A stretch of DNA of 64,000 nt from an uncultured Gemmatimonadota bacterium (GCA_951812955.1 OX638340.1:2528001-2592000), one strand, 5' to 3'; positions 39,684-49,138 are shown, counted from the stretch's first letter. The notes: a model not told the origin generated them from the sequence alone. Program-made: numbers and translations.

Positions 39684-40433
39684 GTGTCCGGGCATTCCAA
39701 GTGGAGCACGATCAAGCGGAAGAAGGAACAGAAAGACGCCGCTCGCGGGAAGATCTTCACCCGCGTCATCAAGGAGATCACCATCGCCGCGCGGCAGGGC
39801 GGCGGTTCGGTGAACGTCAACCCTCGGCTCAGGACGGCCATACTGGCCGCCAAGACGGAAAACGTGCCGCAGGCCAACATCGACCGGGCCATCGCGCGAG
39901 GCACGGGCGAACTGGACGGCGTTCATTACGAGGAACTGGTCTACGAGGGATACGGGCCATCGGGCGTTGCGTTGATGGTGGAAGCGGTGACGGACAACAA
40001 GAACCGCACCACCTCCGAGATGCGCCATGCCTTCACTAAGAACGGCGGCAACATGGGGGAGGCGGGCTGCGTGGCCTGGATGTTCGACCAGAAGGGCACG
40101 ATCGTCGTGGACAAGAATGGGGTCGACGAGGACGAGGTCATGATGATCGCCCTCGAAGCCGGCGCGGAAGACATCCTGGACGAAGGAGATACCCTGGACG
40201 TATACACCGCCGTTTCCGATTACGAATCGGTGCGGGCCCAGCTCGAGGAAAACGGGTTCGCCCCCCTGCGGGCTGAAATAGGCCGCATTCCGCAGTCGAC
40301 CGTGGCGGTCGAGGGCAAGGACGCGGAGCAGCTTCTCCGGTTGATGGAGGTTCTCGAGGACCACGACGACGTCCAGCACGTCTACGCTAATTTCGACGTG
40401 GACGACGGGATGCTGGAGAAGATGAACGGGTAG
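39684..40433 (+). CDS. yebC: YebC/PmpR-family DNA-binding transcriptional regulator
   Basis: MSGHSKWSTIKRKKEQKDAARGKIFTR... is the canonical YebC N-terminus. 249 aa. Confidence 0.9.
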   Translation: MSGHSKWSTIKRKKEQKDAARGKIFTRVIKEITIAARQGGGSVNVNPRLRTAILAAKTENVPQANIDRAIARGTGELDGVHYEELVYEGYGPSGVALMVEAVTDNKNRTTSEMRHAFTKNGGNMGEAGCVAWMFDQKGTIVVDKNGVDEDEVMMIALEAGAEDILDEGDTLDVYTAVSDYESVRAQLEENGFAPLRAEIGRIPQSTVAVEGKDAEQLLRLMEVLEDHDDVQHVYANFDVDDGMLEKMNG

Positions 40434-40442
40434 CGGGTATAC

Positions 40443-40961
40443 ATGATCATCCTCGGAATCGACCCGGGCAGCGTAATTACGGGATACGGCGTGATCGACA
40501 CCCGGGGCAGGAACACTCGGCTATTGGACTGCGGCGTGGTGCGGACGGGGTCGCGCAAGGCCCTTCCGGATCGGCTGAAGTTAATCTACGACGGCCTGTG
40601 CGAAGTAATCGACCGAAACCACCCGGAACTGGTGGCCGTCGAGTCCACCTTCGGCGGGCGGTTTCCCAAAGCGGCCCTCGTACTGGGACACGCCCGGGGG
40701 GTCGCCCTCCTGGCCGCGGCGAACCGGGGACTGCAGGTCTGGGAATACGCCCCGCGCGATGTGAAAATGGCCATTACCCGCGCGGGTGGCGCGTCGAAAC
40801 AGCAGGTTCAGTACCTGGTGCGCGCCATGCTGAACCTCGACCGGGACCCCGACCGAAAGCCCATGCCGGAAGACGCGTCGGACGCGCTGGCGGTCGCTAT
40901 CTGTCACTTTCACAGGATAACCGGAGGGATCCAGGCGGTTGATCGCATTCGTCGAAGGTGA
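40443..40961 (+). CDS. ruvC: crossover junction endodeoxyribonuclease RuvC
   Basis: MIILGIDPGSVITGYGVID...VESTF...ASKQQV...EDASDALAVAICH. Confidence 0.9.
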   Translation: MIILGIDPGSVITGYGVIDTRGRNTRLLDCGVVRTGSRKALPDRLKLIYDGLCEVIDRNHPELVAVESTFGGRFPKAALVLGHARGVALLAAANRGLQVWEYAPRDVKMAITRAGGASKQQVQYLVRAMLNLDRDPDRKPMPEDASDALAVAICHFHRITGGIQAVDRIRRR

Positions 40962-41547
40962 ATTGGTCGACAAGCAACCCGACGGCATCACGGTGTCCGT
41001 CGGCGGGATCGGCCTTTACATGGACGTCCCCCTCTCCACGGTCCAGGCCCTCGGTGCCCAGGGTTCGCGCGTGCGCGTGGAAACGGTGCTCCACAGCCGG
41101 GAGGACGGCATGCAGCTCTATGGTTTCGCAACCGTGGACGAGAAGCGCCTCTTCGAAGTGCTGATCACGCTGCCTGGCATAGGGCCCGGCGTGGCCCTGA
41201 ACATCCTGTCCGGCGCGACGGTCGCCGAGTTTACCGCCGCGATCATTAACGAAGACGTGGGCAAGCTGGTCTCACTGCCGAAGATCGGCCGGAAGACCGC
41301 GCAGCGGTTAATCATGGAGCTACGCGACAAGCTCGCCTCCATGGATACCGGCAAGGGGGAAGCGCTGCCCGTGGCGCCTTCGGGAGAGGCCCCCGAAGTG
41401 GACGATGCGATCATGGGCCTGGTGGCATTGGGCTACGACCAGCCTGAAGCCCGTAAGCAGGTCATCCGGGTGATGTCCGATAGCGCGGAAACCCCTGCGG
41501 CGGAGGAGATCATTCGATTGGTGCTGCGGAACCAGGGAGGGCGGTAG
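40939..41547 (+). CDS. ruvA: Holliday junction branch migration complex subunit RuvA
   Basis: MIAFVEGELV..., LITLPGIGPGVALNILS, and LPKIGRKTAQRLIMELRDK (HhH motifs). The TTG start overlaps the ruvC end. Confidence 0.85.
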   Translation: MIAFVEGELVDKQPDGITVSVGGIGLYMDVPLSTVQALGAQGSRVRVETVLHSREDGMQLYGFATVDEKRLFEVLITLPGIGPGVALNILSGATVAEFTAAIINEDVGKLVSLPKIGRKTAQRLIMELRDKLASMDTGKGEALPVAPSGEAPEVDDAIMGLVALGYDQPEARKQVIRVMSDSAETPAAEEIIRLVLRNQGGR

Positions 41548-42582
41548 ATGGACGAACGGGACTACCCGTTGTCCGACCCGGACCGGTTCGACGAGGATAA
41601 CGAGTTCGACCGCGTGCTGCGGCCGGGCCGTTTCGATGAATTCCCCGGCCAGGAAAAGGCCAAGGCGGAGCTGCAGCTGTATATCGAGGCAGCGAAGACC
41701 CGCGGAGAGAACCACATCGACCACGTGTTGCTCCACGGACCGCCCGGATTGGGCAAGACTACGCTGGCCACCATTCTCGCCAACGAAATGGGCGTGGAGA
41801 TCCGTCAGACCGCCGGGCCCGTGCTGGACAAACCGGCCGACCTGGCGGGCCTGTTGACCAACCTGCAGCCGGGAGACGTGTTCTTCATCGACGAGATCCA
41901 CCGCCTGAACCACGTGGTGGAGGAACACATGTACGCCGCCATGGAGGACTTCAAGATCGACATCCTGGTCGACCGGGGGCCGAGCGCCCGTTCGCTCTCC
42001 CTTAACCTGGATCACTTCACGCTGGTAGGCGCGACGACGCGCACGGGCCTGCTTACGGCGCCGCTCCTGGCGCGTTTCGGCATCCCCATCCGCCTCGATT
42101 TCTACACGCCGGAAGAACTCTTCCTGATCGTAACGCGGGCGGCCGAAATCATTGGCGTGGAGACCGATAAAGGCGGGGCGATGGAGATCGCCCGGCGGTC
42201 ACGGGGTACGCCCCGAATCGCCAACCGGTACCTGAAGCGGGTGCGGGACTACGCCCAGGTCAAGCGCGACGGCCGTATTACCGGGGAGACCGCGACGGCC
42301 GCGTTCGACATGCTGGGCGTGGATCACATGGGTCTGGACGACATGAACCGCCTGATCCTCACGGCCATCATCGAGAAGTACGAGGGCGGTCCCGTGGGCC
42401 TGAACACGCTGGCCGTGGCCGTAGGTGAGGAGAGCGGGACGCTCGAGGAAGTATACGAGCCATATCTCATCGTCCAGGGCCTGATCAAGCGCACGCCCCG
42501 GGGCAGGGTGGCCACCGAGCTGGCATACGGGCACCTGGGATTCGACGCGAACAAGAGGCCGCGGCCCGGACTGTTCGACTGA
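41548..42582 (+). CDS. ruvB: Holliday junction branch migration DNA helicase RuvB
   Basis: [33 protein letters not shown], and [15 protein letters not shown]. Confidence 0.95.
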   Translation: MDERDYPLSDPDRFDEDNEFDRVLRPGRFDEFPGQEKAKAELQLYIEAAKTRGENHIDHVLLHGPPGLGKTTLATILANEMGVEIRQTAGPVLDKPADLAGLLTNLQPGDVFFIDEIHRLNHVVEEHMYAAMEDFKIDILVDRGPSARSLSLNLDHFTLVGATTRTGLLTAPLLARFGIPIRLDFYTPEELFLIVTRAAEIIGVETDKGGAMEIARRSRGTPRIANRYLKRVRDYAQVKRDGRITGETATAAFDMLGVDHMGLDDMNRLILTAIIEKYEGGPVGLNTLAVAVGEESGTLEEVYEPYLIVQGLIKRTPRGRVATELAYGHLGFDANKRPRPGLFD

Positions 42583-42709
42583 CGGCCTGCAGGCTTGCTA
42601 CCGGCGCGGCCGGCGGTCCCCTTAGCCAGCGCGGTCGGCGCAGCGCTTCAGTTTCGTCGCCCGCTCGGCACGGCGGACCCTGAATCCCACTCGGCCGGCG
42701 CGAAAGATC

Positions 42710-43921
42710 TTGCGAGCATCCGTGAATCTAGCCGCATACGATTTTAACCTGCCGGAAGACCTGATCGCCCAGCATCCGGCCGAACACCGCGACGCGTCCC
42801 GATTGATGGTGGTGCACAGGCGCGGCGGTATGATCGAACACCGAGCATTCCGGGACATTGTAGAATACCTGGCCCCGGCCGACGCGCTGGTGCTCAACCG
42901 GACGAAAGTGATGCCGGCGAGGCTGCTGGGGACGCGGCCGGAGACCGGCGGAAAGGTCGAAGTCGTGCTGGTCCGCCAGGTCCGCGAGTCCGCGCCCGCC
43001 CTCTGGGAAGCCCTGCTGAAGCCCGGCGCCCGGCTCGCGAGAGGGACGCGCTTGGATCTGGAGGGCGGCGTACTTACTGCCACGGTGGAGGACGACCCCG
43101 GTCCGGACATACGCCATGTTCGATTCGGCGGGAACGAGGACGTTACGCGGGTCATAGAGCAGGTTGGCCGCACGCCGCTGCCCCCCTACATACGCCGTTC
43201 GCCGGACGCGACCGACAGGGATCGGTACCAGACGGTCTACGCGGAGGAATACGGCGCCGTGGCCGCTCCCACGGCCGGGCTGCACTTCACGGCCCCCCTG
43301 CTGGACCGCATCCGGTCGCGGGGAACGGCCGTGGTGCCGATCCTGCTCCACGTCGGGCCGGGTACGTTCCAGCCGATCCGCTCTGCCGCCGTGGAAGACC
43401 ACGAAATGGACGCGGAATACTACCGTATGGAGGCGCACGAAGCGGAAGCGATCCTGAAAAAGCGTGGCGAGGGCCGCGTGGTCGCCGTGGGAACCACGGT
43501 CGTGCGCGCCCTGGAAACGATCGCGGCCGGGTCCTCCGCCGTCGACGCAGGATCCGGGCCCGATAGAGCATCCGCGGACGCAGGATCAGGGCCCGATAGA
43601 GCATCCGCGGCCGGTGGCGCGTCCGAAGGCGGAGGTGGGTTCGGCCCAGGCGGTCCACGCGATCCAGGCGGTCCAGGCGACCCAGGCGGACATGGACTCG
43701 TTCCGCGCCGGTACGAGGGGCGCACCCGGTGTTTCATCTATCCCCCCTACAATTTCCGGCTGGTCGACGCGCTGCTGACTAATTTCCATCTGCCGAAGTC
43801 GACGCTCCTCTTGCTGGTCAGCGCCTTCGCCGGAAGGGAACGGATCCTTTCCGCTTACGAGGAGGCGGTCAGGGAGAAATACCGGTTCTACAGCTATGGC
43901 GACGCCATGCTGATCGTATGA
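42710..43921 (+). CDS. queA: tRNA preQ1(34) S-adenosylmethionine ribosyltransferase-isomerase with a ~50-aa low-complexity insertion
   Basis: YDFNLPEDLIAQHP...SRLMVV, AAPTAGLHFT, AVGTTVVRALE, and TNFHLPKSTLLLLVSAF...YRFYSYGDAMLI. The start may be the GTG at 42722. Confidence 0.9.
   Translation: MRASVNLAAYDFNLPEDLIAQHPAEHRDASRLMVVHRRGGMIEHRAFRDIVEYLAPADALVLNRTKVMPARLLGTRPETGGKVEVVLVRQVRESAPALWEALLKPGARLARGTRLDLEGGVLTATVEDDPGPDIRHVRFGGNEDVTRVIEQVGRTPLPPYIRRSPDATDRDRYQTVYAEEYGAVAAPTAGLHFTAPLLDRIRSRGTAVVPILLHVGPGTFQPIRSAAVEDHEMDAEYYRMEAHEAEAILKKRGEGRVVAVGTTVVRALETIAAGSSAVDAGSGPDRASADAGSGPDRASAAGGASEGGGGFGPGGPRDPGGPGDPGGHGLVPRRYEGRTRCFIYPPYNFRLVDALLTNFHLPKSTLLLLVSAFAGRERILSAYEEAVREKYRFYSYGDAMLIV
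43544..43609. repeat. in-frame 33-bp tandem duplication inside the queA insertion
   Basis: GACGCAGGATCCGGGCCCGATAGAGCATCCGCG followed by GACGCAGGATCAGGGCCCGATAGAGCATCCGCG (1 mismatch), encoding DAGSGPDRASA twice. Confidence 0.95.
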
Positions 43922-44661
43922 GGAGGACAAAGGCCGTGAAATCCGCTATGGGCATCATCCCCGCGGCCGGTCTCGGCCAGCGTATGCGGTCGGATGAGGA
44001 GAAACCATACATCACGATCGGCGGAAGGTCGATCCTGGCCCACACCCTTTCGGCCTTCGAGGCGTGTCAGGCCGTGGAGGGTTACGTGCTGGTGGTAGAG
44101 CCGTCGCGCGTGCAATTCTGCAAGGCGCAGCTGACCGGGCCGTTCGGGCCGTCCGAGCCGTCCGGTCCGGGTGTTGCATATCCGAAGCTTGCCAAAGTGG
44201 TCGCCGGTGGAAGCACGCGCCAGGAGTCTGTATACCGCGGCCTGATGGCCCTGGACGACGAGACCGGGTACGTGCTGGTCCATGACGCGGCGCGCCCCTG
44301 CGTCGAGCCCGGCGCGCTCGAAGCTTCCGTCCTCGGTTGCGCCAGGCACGGCGCCGTGATCGCGGCCACCCCGTCGACGGATACGATGAAGATCATCCGC
44401 GACGGCGTGGTCGAGGCGACACCGGACCGATCGACGATCTGGCGGGCGCAGACGCCCCAGACGTTCGCGTACGGGATGCTCCGGACGGCACACGAACGGG
44501 CGCGGGAACAGGGATACGTCGGGACCGACGACGCCGAACTGGTGGAACGGGCCGGTTACGTGGTTCGGGTCCTGGAAGGCGCCCCAGACAACATCAAGGT
44601 GACCACGGCCGAGGACCTGGAAACCGCGGAGCGCATCTTGCGGCGGCAGGGGCGGATCTGA
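43918..44661 (+). CDS. ispD: 2-C-methyl-D-erythritol 4-phosphate cytidylyltransferase
   Basis: GIIPAAGLGQRM, VVAGGSTRQESV, VLVHDAARP, and RAQTPQTF. The start overlaps the queA stop (ATGA). Confidence 0.85.
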   Translation: MRRTKAVKSAMGIIPAAGLGQRMRSDEEKPYITIGGRSILAHTLSAFEACQAVEGYVLVVEPSRVQFCKAQLTGPFGPSEPSGPGVAYPKLAKVVAGGSTRQESVYRGLMALDDETGYVLVHDAARPCVEPGALEASVLGCARHGAVIAATPSTDTMKIIRDGVVEATPDRSTIWRAQTPQTFAYGMLRTAHERAREQGYVGTDDAELVERAGYVVRVLEGAPDNIKVTTAEDLETAERILRRQGRI

Positions 44662-44702
44662 CAGCGGATTAACCTGAGATTACATCATGAGGCTTTCTTG
44701 CC

Positions 44703-45194
44703 ATGGATGACATACGCGTAGGAACCGGCTACGACGTGCACGCCTTCGCGGACGACAGGCCCTGTGTACTGGGCGGCGTGACCGTTCCCCACGAACGCGG
44801 GCTGCAGGGCCACTCGGACGCGGACGTGCTTTCGCACGCCATCGGCGACGCCCTCCTGGGCGCAGCCGCGCTGGGCGATATCGGGATTCACTTCCCCGAT
44901 AACGAGTCCCGTTACCGTGGGATTTCCAGTCTCGTCCTGCTCCAACGGATTGTTGACGCACTGGGCGAATCCGGTTATACTGTATCGAATGTGGACGCCA
45001 CCGTCGTCGCGGAACGTCCGAAACTGTCGCCATTCGTGCCGCTGATGCGCCGCCGGATCGGCAAAGCCCTCGGACTGCCGGAAGACCGCGTGTCGATCAA
45101 GGCCACAACTTCAGAAAGACTCGGATTCACGGGACGGGAAGAAGGCATCGCGGCCCATGCCGTGGTATTGATCCGTTCCGATGGCGGCGGGTGA
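44703..45194 (+). CDS. ispF: 2-C-methyl-D-erythritol 2,4-cyclodiphosphate synthase
   Basis: RVGTGYDVHAF...GHSDADVLSHAIGDALLGAAALGDIGIHFPD...KATTSERLGFTGR. Confidence 0.9.
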   Translation: MDDIRVGTGYDVHAFADDRPCVLGGVTVPHERGLQGHSDADVLSHAIGDALLGAAALGDIGIHFPDNESRYRGISSLVLLQRIVDALGESGYTVSNVDATVVAERPKLSPFVPLMRRRIGKALGLPEDRVSIKATTSERLGFTGREEGIAAHAVVLIRSDGGG

Positions 45195-45249
45195 GTTACG
45201 TTCCCGCGCGCGCACCGATTCTGCTTATGCGCGTCGTAGTGGGGTATTT

Positions 45250-46053
45250 ATGGGCAAGGTCATTTCGATCGCGAATCAGAAGGGCGGGGTGGGCAAGACG
45301 ACCACGTCCGTCAACCTGTCGGCCTGCCTTGGCGTCGCTGAGAAGAAGACGCTGCTGATCGACCTGGATCCGCAGTCGAACGCCACGTCGGGACTCGGCC
45401 TGCAGGACCGCACGCTGGACGTGACGATATACGAAGTCCTGCTGGACGAACGCAACATCGAGGAAGCCGTTCAGCAGACCGAGATCCCCGCGCTTCACGC
45501 AGTTCCGGCCCATCGGCGGCTGGTGGGCGCCGAAATCGAACTGGTATCGGCCATCGCCCGGGAACGGAAACTGGAAGAGGCAATCAAGCCCATACGCGAC
45601 GAGTACGATTACATCCTGATCGACTGCCCGCCTTCCCTGAGCCTGCTCACCCTGAACGCCCTCACGGCGGCCGACTCGGTGTTGATTCCCATACAGTGCG
45701 AGTATTATGCCCTCGAGGGACTCGGGCAACTGCTCAGTTCGATCCGGAAGATCCAGAAGCATCTGAACCGCAGCCTGAAGATTGAAGGCATCCTCCTGAC
45801 GATGTACGACAAGCGGCTCAATCTCACGAGACAGATCGAGGTGGAAGCCAAACAGTATTTCGCGGACAAAGTCTATCAGACTACCATCCCGAGAAACGTT
45901 CGTCTGAGCGAAGCGCCGAGCTTCGGCAGTCCGATCATACTGTATGATATTCTCTCGTCGGGAGCGGAAAGCTATATGAATCTAGCCAGAGAGGTAATTG
46001 CCAATGGCAGCCAGGAAAGTGCTGGGACGGGGGCTCGAAGCGCTGATTCCTGA
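45250..46053 (+). CDS. parA: chromosome partitioning ATPase ParA
   Basis: MGKVISIANQKGGVGKTTTSVNLSA..., DCPPSL, and the typical ParA/Soj length. Start set at 45250 within ORF 45181..46053. Confidence 0.9.
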   Translation: MGKVISIANQKGGVGKTTTSVNLSACLGVAEKKTLLIDLDPQSNATSGLGLQDRTLDVTIYEVLLDERNIEEAVQQTEIPALHAVPAHRRLVGAEIELVSAIARERKLEEAIKPIRDEYDYILIDCPPSLSLLTLNALTAADSVLIPIQCEYYALEGLGQLLSSIRKIQKHLNRSLKIEGILLTMYDKRLNLTRQIEVEAKQYFADKVYQTTIPRNVRLSEAPSFGSPIILYDILSSGAESYMNLAREVIANGSQESAGTGARSADS

Positions 46054-46864
46054 TCTTCCGGAAGATCAGGAAGACCGGCAAAGCGTGCTCCAGGTGCCGA
46101 TAGACCGGATTTCGGCCAATCCCTACCAACCACGGCAGTCGTTCGACCAGGCCAGGCTCGATGAACTGGCCCGGTCCATCCTCGAAAAGGGCGTTATTCA
46201 GCCGATCGCCGTCCGAAGGAAAAACGAAAAGGATGAATACGAACTGATCGCCGGGGAGCGAAGGCTCCGGGCCGCCCGTCAAACAGGCTACCAGACCATA
46301 CCGGCCATCGTCATGGCGGTTTCATCCCCCGAAGAAATGATGGAACTGTCGCTGATCGAGAACATCCAGCGGGACGATCTGAATCCGATCCACGAAGCCC
46401 GTGCATACCTTCGGTTGCAGGAAGAATGCCACCTCACGCAGGAAGAGGTCGCAACCCGCGTGGGAAAAAACAGGACGACGGTAGCCAACACGCTCCGGCT
46501 GTTGAAACTGCCGGCCGAAGTCCAGAAGTGCCTCCTGGCAGATGAGATCACCATGGGCCACGCGCGAGCGCTGCTCGGACTCGAAAACCGCGCGGAACAG
46601 GCCGATTTGTCCAAACAGATCGTAAAGAAGGGCCTGTCGGTGCGCAAAGTGGAAGAACTCGTGAAGAAACGCTACCAGGAGAAGCGGGAAAGCGCGCCGG
46701 CACACAAGCCTCACGACCTCTCGGCCGCCGAGACCATCATGCAGCGCATACTGGGAACGAAGGTGAACATCAACCGCAGGCAGCACAAGGGGAAGATCGA
46801 AATCGAGTTCTATTCCACCGATGACCTGAACCGCATCCTCGAACTGCTGAAAGTCCGGCTGTGA
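45998..46864 (+). CDS. parB: chromosome partitioning protein ParB
   Basis: KVLGRGLEALI, NPYQPRQ, LIAGERRLRAA, and IENIQRDDLNPIHEA. It overlaps the parA 3' end. Confidence 0.9.
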   Translation: MPMAARKVLGRGLEALIPDLPEDQEDRQSVLQVPIDRISANPYQPRQSFDQARLDELARSILEKGVIQPIAVRRKNEKDEYELIAGERRLRAARQTGYQTIPAIVMAVSSPEEMMELSLIENIQRDDLNPIHEARAYLRLQEECHLTQEEVATRVGKNRTTVANTLRLLKLPAEVQKCLLADEITMGHARALLGLENRAEQADLSKQIVKKGLSVRKVEELVKKRYQEKRESAPAHKPHDLSAAETIMQRILGTKVNINRRQHKGKIEIEFYSTDDLNRILELLKVRL

Positions 46865-46927
46865 AGCCCGCCGAACCCCGTACACGTCCCTCGCCCGTCC
46901 AACCCCCGTTATTTTAACCGATATCCT

Positions 46928-46955
46928 TTGACATTTCGGCCCGGCGGCCTATATT
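46928..46955 (+). promoter_or_regulatory. candidate sigma70-type promoter TTGACA, 16 bp, TATATT
   Basis: TTGACA at 46928-46933 and TATATT at 46950-46955, in the parB to M23 peptidase spacer. Followed by a 10-bp-arm hairpin at 46972-46994. Confidence 0.45.
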
Positions 46956-46985
46956 TATGCCGTCGCGCCGATTCCGTCACGAGAC

Positions 46986-47891
46986 GTGACGGAACAAGGA
47001 CGGATGTACGAATCCGGGGTGGTATCGGTCATGCCCAGAATGCACTGGATGTCACTGGTTTTCGTCTCTGACCGATCGGGCCGGGCGCACGAGTTGCGCA
47101 TGCCGAGGTTCCTGTTTGTCGCACTCGTCTCGATGTTGGGACTCGGCTTGCTCGCGCCGGTGGTTGCCCTGGTCCTCCCGGCGGGTATAGCCGAGGTTTC
47201 TTTCGGCCAAACCTGGAAAACACAGATAAAGTCGGTAGAGGAAAAGTCCATGGAGCTGACCCGGCAACTGGAGGAACTGAAGGACACCGCCAGGTCGATA
47301 CGCAGGCTGGCGGGCGTCGAGCGGTTCGATTCCGAATCCCCGGTACGCGTGGACGATGAAAACGGCCTCCTGTCCGCCAACCGGGACGGGTTGCCTTTTC
47401 TGACGGACGACGGCCTTCCGGCGAGGGTGGAAGCCGCCGCCGGGGAAAGCGCGGCGCTGTTACGATACGTGCCGTCCATATGGCCGGTCGCCGGCTGGGT
47501 GACGCGGGAGTACGAACATGGGGACGATCCCATCACCGGGACTCATTTCGGCCTGGACGTCGCCGCCCGTGAAAGCGCGCCGGTCAGGTCCGCCGCCGAT
47601 GGGACCGTGACCTTCGCGGACTGGGATCAGAACCTGGGCTGGCTGGTCGAGATAGACCACGGATACGATATGTCGACGCGTTACGGTCACAACGCCATGC
47701 TGCGGGTCGACCGCGGACAGACGGTCCGTCGCGGGCAGATCGTCGCCCTGGTCGGGAATACGGGCCGCAGCACGGCGCCGCATCTGCATTACGAGGTCTG
47801 GAAAGACGGCGTCCCCGTCGATCCTCGCGGCTACCTGCCCGAGGTCATCCACTGGGATGATCTGCTGTTGAGCCTGCGAACGCAGCGCTGA
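46986..47891 (+). CDS. M23-family (LytM) metallopeptidase
   Basis: HFGLDVAA...GTVTFADWDQNLGWLVEIDHGYDMSTRYGHN...GNTGRSTAPHLHYEVW. N-terminal TM segment. The start is uncertain (46986 GTG or downstream ATGs). Confidence 0.85.
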   Translation: MTEQGRMYESGVVSVMPRMHWMSLVFVSDRSGRAHELRMPRFLFVALVSMLGLGLLAPVVALVLPAGIAEVSFGQTWKTQIKSVEEKSMELTRQLEELKDTARSIRRLAGVERFDSESPVRVDDENGLLSANRDGLPFLTDDGLPARVEAAAGESAALLRYVPSIWPVAGWVTREYEHGDDPITGTHFGLDVAARESAPVRSAADGTVTFADWDQNLGWLVEIDHGYDMSTRYGHNAMLRVDRGQTVRRGQIVALVGNTGRSTAPHLHYEVWKDGVPVDPRGYLPEVIHWDDLLLSLRTQR

Positions 47892-47892
47892 C

Positions 47893-48300
47893 ATGTTCGG
47901 ATCATCAGGTGCAGGACGTTTTCGGGAGCTCGGTATGACGATCATCGCCAAGGGCACTGAACTGAACGGATCGGTGGACGTTGAAGGCAATATCCGGGTA
48001 GACGGCACCGTGAACGGCGATGTCAAAGCCACCGACGGTGTAGAGGTCGGAAAGTCCGGCCGGATCGTAGGGTCGTCCATTGAGTCCAAGACGGCGGTCA
48101 TTCATGGTTACGTGGAGAGTCAGCTTATTGTATCGCAACACGTACTCCTGGGCGGCAAATCCATTCTGGTCGGTGACTTGAAGACCAAGTCCCTCGTCAT
48201 CGAAGAAGGGGCTGTCTTCCACGGGAATTCGTCCATGTCCGAAGAATACGCCGGAACGGACCGTGTGATGGGCGGAGACGACCGTACGGATGGGGCTTAA
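47893..48300 (+). CDS. bactofilin (polymer-forming cytoskeletal protein)
   Basis: The beta-helical repeat pattern TIIAKGTELNGSVDVEGNIRVDGTVNGDVKATDGVEVGKSGRIVGSSIESKTAVIHGYVES...LVIEEGAVFHG is typical of the bactofilin (DUF583) domain. Confidence 0.8.
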   Translation: MFGSSGAGRFRELGMTIIAKGTELNGSVDVEGNIRVDGTVNGDVKATDGVEVGKSGRIVGSSIESKTAVIHGYVESQLIVSQHVLLGGKSILVGDLKTKSLVIEEGAVFHGNSSMSEEYAGTDRVMGGDDRTDGA

Positions 48301-48339
48301 AACCCGAACGAGCGTTGATTGAGCGTTGACTGATGGTAT

Positions 48340-48609
48340 ATGGCACGGGATACGCAGGGCAAATGGCAGTACATGAGGGAAGCCGGAGAGCTTGCCGTAA
48401 TCGGCCTGACCCTGGTTTTCGCCACGGCGATAGGATACTTTCTGGGTCACCAAGTCGAACTGGCCTGGCCTGAGTGGAATCCCTGGGGCGGCGTCGTCGG
48501 CGCCATGCTCGGCGTCGTGGCCGGGTTCCTGGAAATGGCGAGGACGCTGAAACGTCTGAACAGAAAGCTGGAAGCGGCGGAGCGGGAGAGCAATGGCACA
48601 AAGCACTGA
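48340..48609 (+). CDS. atpZ: AtpZ/AtpI-family small membrane protein (ATP synthase operon leader gene)
   Basis: 89 aa, two TM helices (GELAVIGLTLVFATAIGYFLG..., GGVVGAMLGVVAGFLEM), positioned first in the atp operon. Confidence 0.6.
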   Translation: MARDTQGKWQYMREAGELAVIGLTLVFATAIGYFLGHQVELAWPEWNPWGGVVGAMLGVVAGFLEMARTLKRLNRKLEAAERESNGTKH

Positions 48610-49126
48610 GCGTGACGGCGAAACATTGATCGGCGGCATGTCGACGGCCGGAACGGCGACGGACGCGGAATCTCCGTCCGGAAACAACGATGAACCGTTG
48701 CGGCGGTTCCTGCCCCGAGTCTACCGGATAAGCGCCGTGCTGACCGTGGTCGGCACCATCGCGTCGCGCGTAGCGGGCGCGGACCTGCTTGCCGTCAATT
48801 TCTTCACCGGATCGTTTATCGGACTGTTGCTGCTGTATGTCACGGCCTGGCTGGTCCGCCGTTACATGACGCCCGTCGCGCACATCAAGCGGAACCGCAA
48901 CCGGTTGTTCCTGCTTCTGATGGCCAAGCTGCCGCTGCTGGGAATCGTGTTGTATTTCGTGACTTCGGGGGACTGGTTCCACCCGATCGGGTTTTTGATG
49001 GGTGTGTCCTTGACGCCATTCACGCTGACCCTGTGCGGATTGATCCTGCTCACGAGGCAGGGCTCGGGGGATGGGCGGCCCGACTGGACCGCCGTACTGG
49101 ACAAGACGAAGCGGTCGTACCGGTAA
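48593..49126 (+). CDS. atpI: ATP synthase protein I-like membrane protein
   Basis: Four predicted hydrophobic helices, located between atpZ and atpB. Assigned mainly by position and topology. Confidence 0.5.
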   Translation: MAQSTERDGETLIGGMSTAGTATDAESPSGNNDEPLRRFLPRVYRISAVLTVVGTIASRVAGADLLAVNFFTGSFIGLLLLYVTAWLVRRYMTPVAHIKRNRNRLFLLLMAKLPLLGIVLYFVTSGDWFHPIGFLMGVSLTPFTLTLCGLILLTRQGSGDGRPDWTAVLDKTKRSYR

Positions 49127-49138
49127 GGAGGTTTTCCT

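Noticed and set aside
45181-47000. Search for a canonical parS site near parAB
   Set aside because: I could not find a TGTTTCACGTGAAACA-like palindrome by eye. The absence is not conclusive without a pattern search.
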